From Malacoraja senta (lineage: Eukaryota), in assembly GCA_038087875.1 (NCBI GenBank), contig CM075988.1, positions 21,392,001-21,456,000 of the forward strand: DNA of 64,000 nucleotides. Reading direction: 5' to 3'. Positions 60,573-64,000 of this stretch are shown one piece after another. Positions within the stretch are counted from its first letter, which is position 1. Each line of letters begins with the position of its first letter. The notes beneath the pieces are model-generated. The model was not told the origin of the DNA. It searched no databases and was given only the letters and a program-made list of their open reading frames with translations. The translations under genes were made by a program, and so were the position numbers.

Positions 60573-61525
60573 TGTGGAAAATAAAGTTCCATAAAGTACC
60601 ACACCATACCTTGGTGACCCTCAGACTATCCCTGATCGGACTTTGCTGACTTTACCTTGCACTAAACGTTATTCCCCTATCATGTATCTACTGCATAAAC
60701 TGTAAATGGCTCGATCACGTGATGTCTTTCTGCACACAACAAAAACTTGACACTGTGCCTAACCCCATTTCTCCTGCCTTCTCCCCATAACCCCTGACAC
60801 CACGTGACAATAAGCTAAACTGAACTGAACGAAACATCCCTGTTCCAAAAATATTGTTTTAATGTTCGATGTTCGAGGAGTGGAAGTTTGTGGACTTGAT
60901 TTGGAGATACAGAAGATGCATGGAGGGTTGTAAAATAACACTAAATGTCCGCTTGAAATCATCTACCCTGTTTTTCTGCCACTTTACAAAGTGCCGTTGT
61001 GTTTGATCTGCTCAGAATAGTGCAACTGTTTCCTCCTGATGTTTGCATTGCATTTGCATTTTGATGAGCTGCAGCCATTCATTTCCAGTGTGGTTGCTGT
61101 TGCGTGTGCAGAGTGATCGGCAGATGCGTGAAGCCCTCTCTGTACAGCCCGTGCATTTTGCACCTTGGGCAGGGCAGACAATTGGACAAACAGTTGAAGA
61201 AAGCCCTAAATCTGTTGCTGTCAGCTCCTGTTTGGCTCATGTACCAGGGCTGATTGTGAATCATTCTCTGCCCATTCATGAGATGTAGCTGTTGCGGGCA
61301 AAGCCAGTATTTATTATCCATCGCTAATTGCCTCTGAACTTAGACGGTAGTCAGGAAACAAGGACAGCAGTGAGTCTGGGCCTGTGAGCTTCCCCTTGCC
61401 TGATCACCGACCCACGCAAACTCTCATCTGCTGAGCTGTCTCCACCGCACCATATTTGGCTTGTTTTACATTCCTTTGTCCAGCTTTGGGTGGCACGGTG
61501 GCGCAGCGGTAGAGTTGCTGCCTTA

Positions 61526-62001
61526 AAGCCCTGTCCCACGGTACGAGTTCATTCCAAGAGCTCTCCCGAGTTAAATAAAAAATCAAACTCATGGTAAGCA
61601 CGGAGAATGAACGTAGCGGGTACGTCGGAGCTCGGGGACGTCTCTTAGCGCTAACGGCAGGTACTCGGGAAGACTCGCTAATGGCAGGTAAGCACGGGAA
61701 GACTCGTGAAGATTTTTCAACATGATGAAAAATGTCCACGAGAGCCCCGAGTACCGACGAGTGGCCATTACCGTAAATCTCCGAGTTTGAATCAGGGCAA
61801 ACTCGGGAGAACTCTTGGAATTTGTGGCTAAAGGGATCAGGGGGTATGGAGAGAAGGCAGGGATGGGATACTGAGTTGGATGATCAGCCATGATCATATC
61901 AAATGGCGGTGCAGGCTCGAAGGGCCGAATGGCCTACTCCTACACCTATTTTCTATGTTTCTATGTTTCTATGAATGAACTCGTACCGTGAGACAGGGCT
62001 T
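61526..62001. mobile_element. Harbinger-like MITE family 1 in an HE1 SINE head (SINE 61488-62279), containing a CR1 tail (61822-61972)
   Basis: GCTGCC-TTA|AAGCCCTGTCCCACGGTACGAG...CTCGTACCGTGAGACAGGGCTT|TTA-CAGCGCC. Confidence 0.85.
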
Positions 62002-63032
62002 TTACAGCGCCAGAGACCCGCGTTTGATCCTGACCCTGGGTGCTGTCTGTACAAAGTTTGTACGTTCCCCCCGTGACCTGCGTGGGTTTTTCCCAGGAGC
62101 TCTGGTTTCCGTCCACGCTCCAAAGACGTGCAGGTCTGTAGATGAATTGGTTTTGGTAAAAATTGTAAAAATTGACCTGAGAGTGTACGTTAATGATAGG
62201 GGTGATCGCTGGTCGGCACAGACTCGGTGGGCCCATGGGCCTGTTTCCACATTGTATCTCTAAAGACTAAAGTCTAAAGCTCATTAGATATATTTAAGGT
62301 GGAAATGCATGAATATTTGAAATTCAAGCTTAAGAGAAATTGACACAGAAGAGTCGAGGACAGCAGAGAACAGCTATGATAGTGAGTCATAGAGTCATAC
62401 AGTGTGGAAACAGGCCCTTCGACCCAACTTGCCCATGCCGACCAACATGCCCCATCTACACTAGTCCCACGTGCCTGCATTTGGCCCCTATCCCTCTAAA
62501 CCTATCCCATCCACATCTGTCCAAATGCTTCTTAAACGCCACGATAGTACAAGAATTTCATTGTCTTATCTGGGACACATGACAATAAACTCTCTTGACT
62601 TGACTTGACTTGTCACGACTAAAAAAAGCTTTCTTCTCCCCTCCTACAATCAGTCCAAAGAATGGTCTCGACCCTAAAAGGTCACCTATCCATGTTCTCC
62701 AGAGATGCTGCCTGACCCACTGGATTACTCCAGCACGTTGTGTCCTTCTGAGCAGAGTTCTGCTCTTGCATTCTTCCTGTTGTAGTAAAATCATCACTCC
62801 TTAGAAAAAGCATTTTGTTTGTTTCCAAGTTGCATTTTTAGATAGACACCCTCATGAGCTCTGTTGGAAGTAACAATGGCCTTGGTTTTGGACCTAATGG
62901 AGACATATTCCCTAATCACCATCCCACGCCAACTCTCAACTGCTTGGCGGGGGCAACGCACCAAATTTGGCATGTTGTACATTCCTATATTGGTGGGCGG
63001 CACGGTGGCACAGCGGTAGAGTTGCTGCCTTA

Positions 63033-63613
63033 AAGGCCTGTCTCACGAGTCTGCGGTCATTGGCGGCGAAACGGGAAGAATCTGCCGCCATAGACCGCGC
63101 ACTCGTGAGAACGCACAATTCCGGGGCCGTGTGGCGGTGTTCCCAACACCGCACGGTGCTAAAATAAAACCTACACTGTTGAAAAATATTTTCCTACCGC
63201 ACAACCTCCACCAGTGATGCACGAGTGCCGCACGGCCGCCCGCACGGCCGCCGCCAGTGTGGCTCGAGCGCCGTGCGTCAAACCTCCACTGCCACAGCCT
63301 CCGCCAGTGAGGCACGTGTGCGGCACGGCTGCAGGCACAGCCACCGCTACAGCGCCGCGATCAGGACGGCCGCCGCCACAGCCGCCGCTAGTGAGTCACG
63401 TGCGGCGGGCCGACGTCATCGCAGTCGGCCCGCCCTTTTTTTACTTACCGCAAGCACGTGGGACCAGCCGTATTTGAATCACTCGGACCCCGCGCAGCAT
63501 CCGTGCGGCGCTTCCGTGGATAGGCTCGGCGCTCTCGCCATTGCCGTGCGGTCCACTCTACAGGCGAAGCCGCGCTTCACCGCCGATGACCGCAAACACG
63601 TAAGACAGAGCCT
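63033..63613. mobile_element. GC-rich Harbinger-like MITE, family 5, in an HE1 SINE head
   Basis: GCTGCC-TTA|AAGGCCTGTCTCACGAGTCTGCGGTCATTGGCGG...CCGCCGATGACCGCAAACACGTAAGACAGAGCCT|TTA-CAGAGCC. Confidence 0.75.
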
Positions 63614-64000
63614 TTACAGAGCCAGGGATTCGATCTACTATCTTCCCCAGTGTAATTCAGAAGAATTTTACAATGCCCATATCCAGGTATAAATCACTTG
63701 CTTCATGTATGAGGATGTTAGACACAGACCGTAGCACATTCATGGCCCATCCATATACCCACGGCGTCAAGAGAATTTTGCTCCACATTGAAAGAAAAAT
63801 ATCTTTTGGATTAATTCCTTGGATCAGCTAAAGCCTGCTACACACGTGAATTATAGAACAAGCGAGGAACTCACAGTCATGGGCAATTAAGGGTTACGTG
63901 TTTAACGTTTAATGCTGTTCATATCCTAAACAGAAAATAAATCTTGTGTAGCAAGGAACTGCAGATGCTTGTTTACACTGAAGTTAGATGCAAAATGCTG

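Noticed and set aside
63043..63692. GC-rich ORFs or CpG-island promoter
   Set aside because: Almost entirely within a TIR-bounded MITE (63033-63613) inserted in a SINE.

Overview
Eukaryotic, repeat-saturated intronic or intergenic DNA. The tRNA-headed V-SINEs (HE1-like) that share a 3' tail with CR1/HER1-like LINEs point to a cartilaginous fish (inference). No host exon could be recognised, and there is a 200-N gap at 48299-48498. Retroelements: one nearly intact CR1 ORF2 (APE endonuclease + RT, a single in-frame TAG) plus many CR1 3' fragments, about 30 HE1-like SINE copies or fragments, Penelope-like (GIY-YIG) fragments and fold-back derivatives with hammerhead-like cores, Rex/Babar, Tx1, RTE and RTE-X-like remnants, and two near-identical tRNA-CORE SINEs. 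DNA elements: two non-autonomous Helitrons and ten PIF/Harbinger-like MITEs of about five families. Best finding: two copies (25206-25319 +, 44962-45101 -) of a tiny TSD-flanked retroposon whose first 54 nt fold as a minimal HDV/CPEB3-like ribozyme, with the element's 5' end at the predicted self-cleavage site. Family names come from motif recognition, not database searches.
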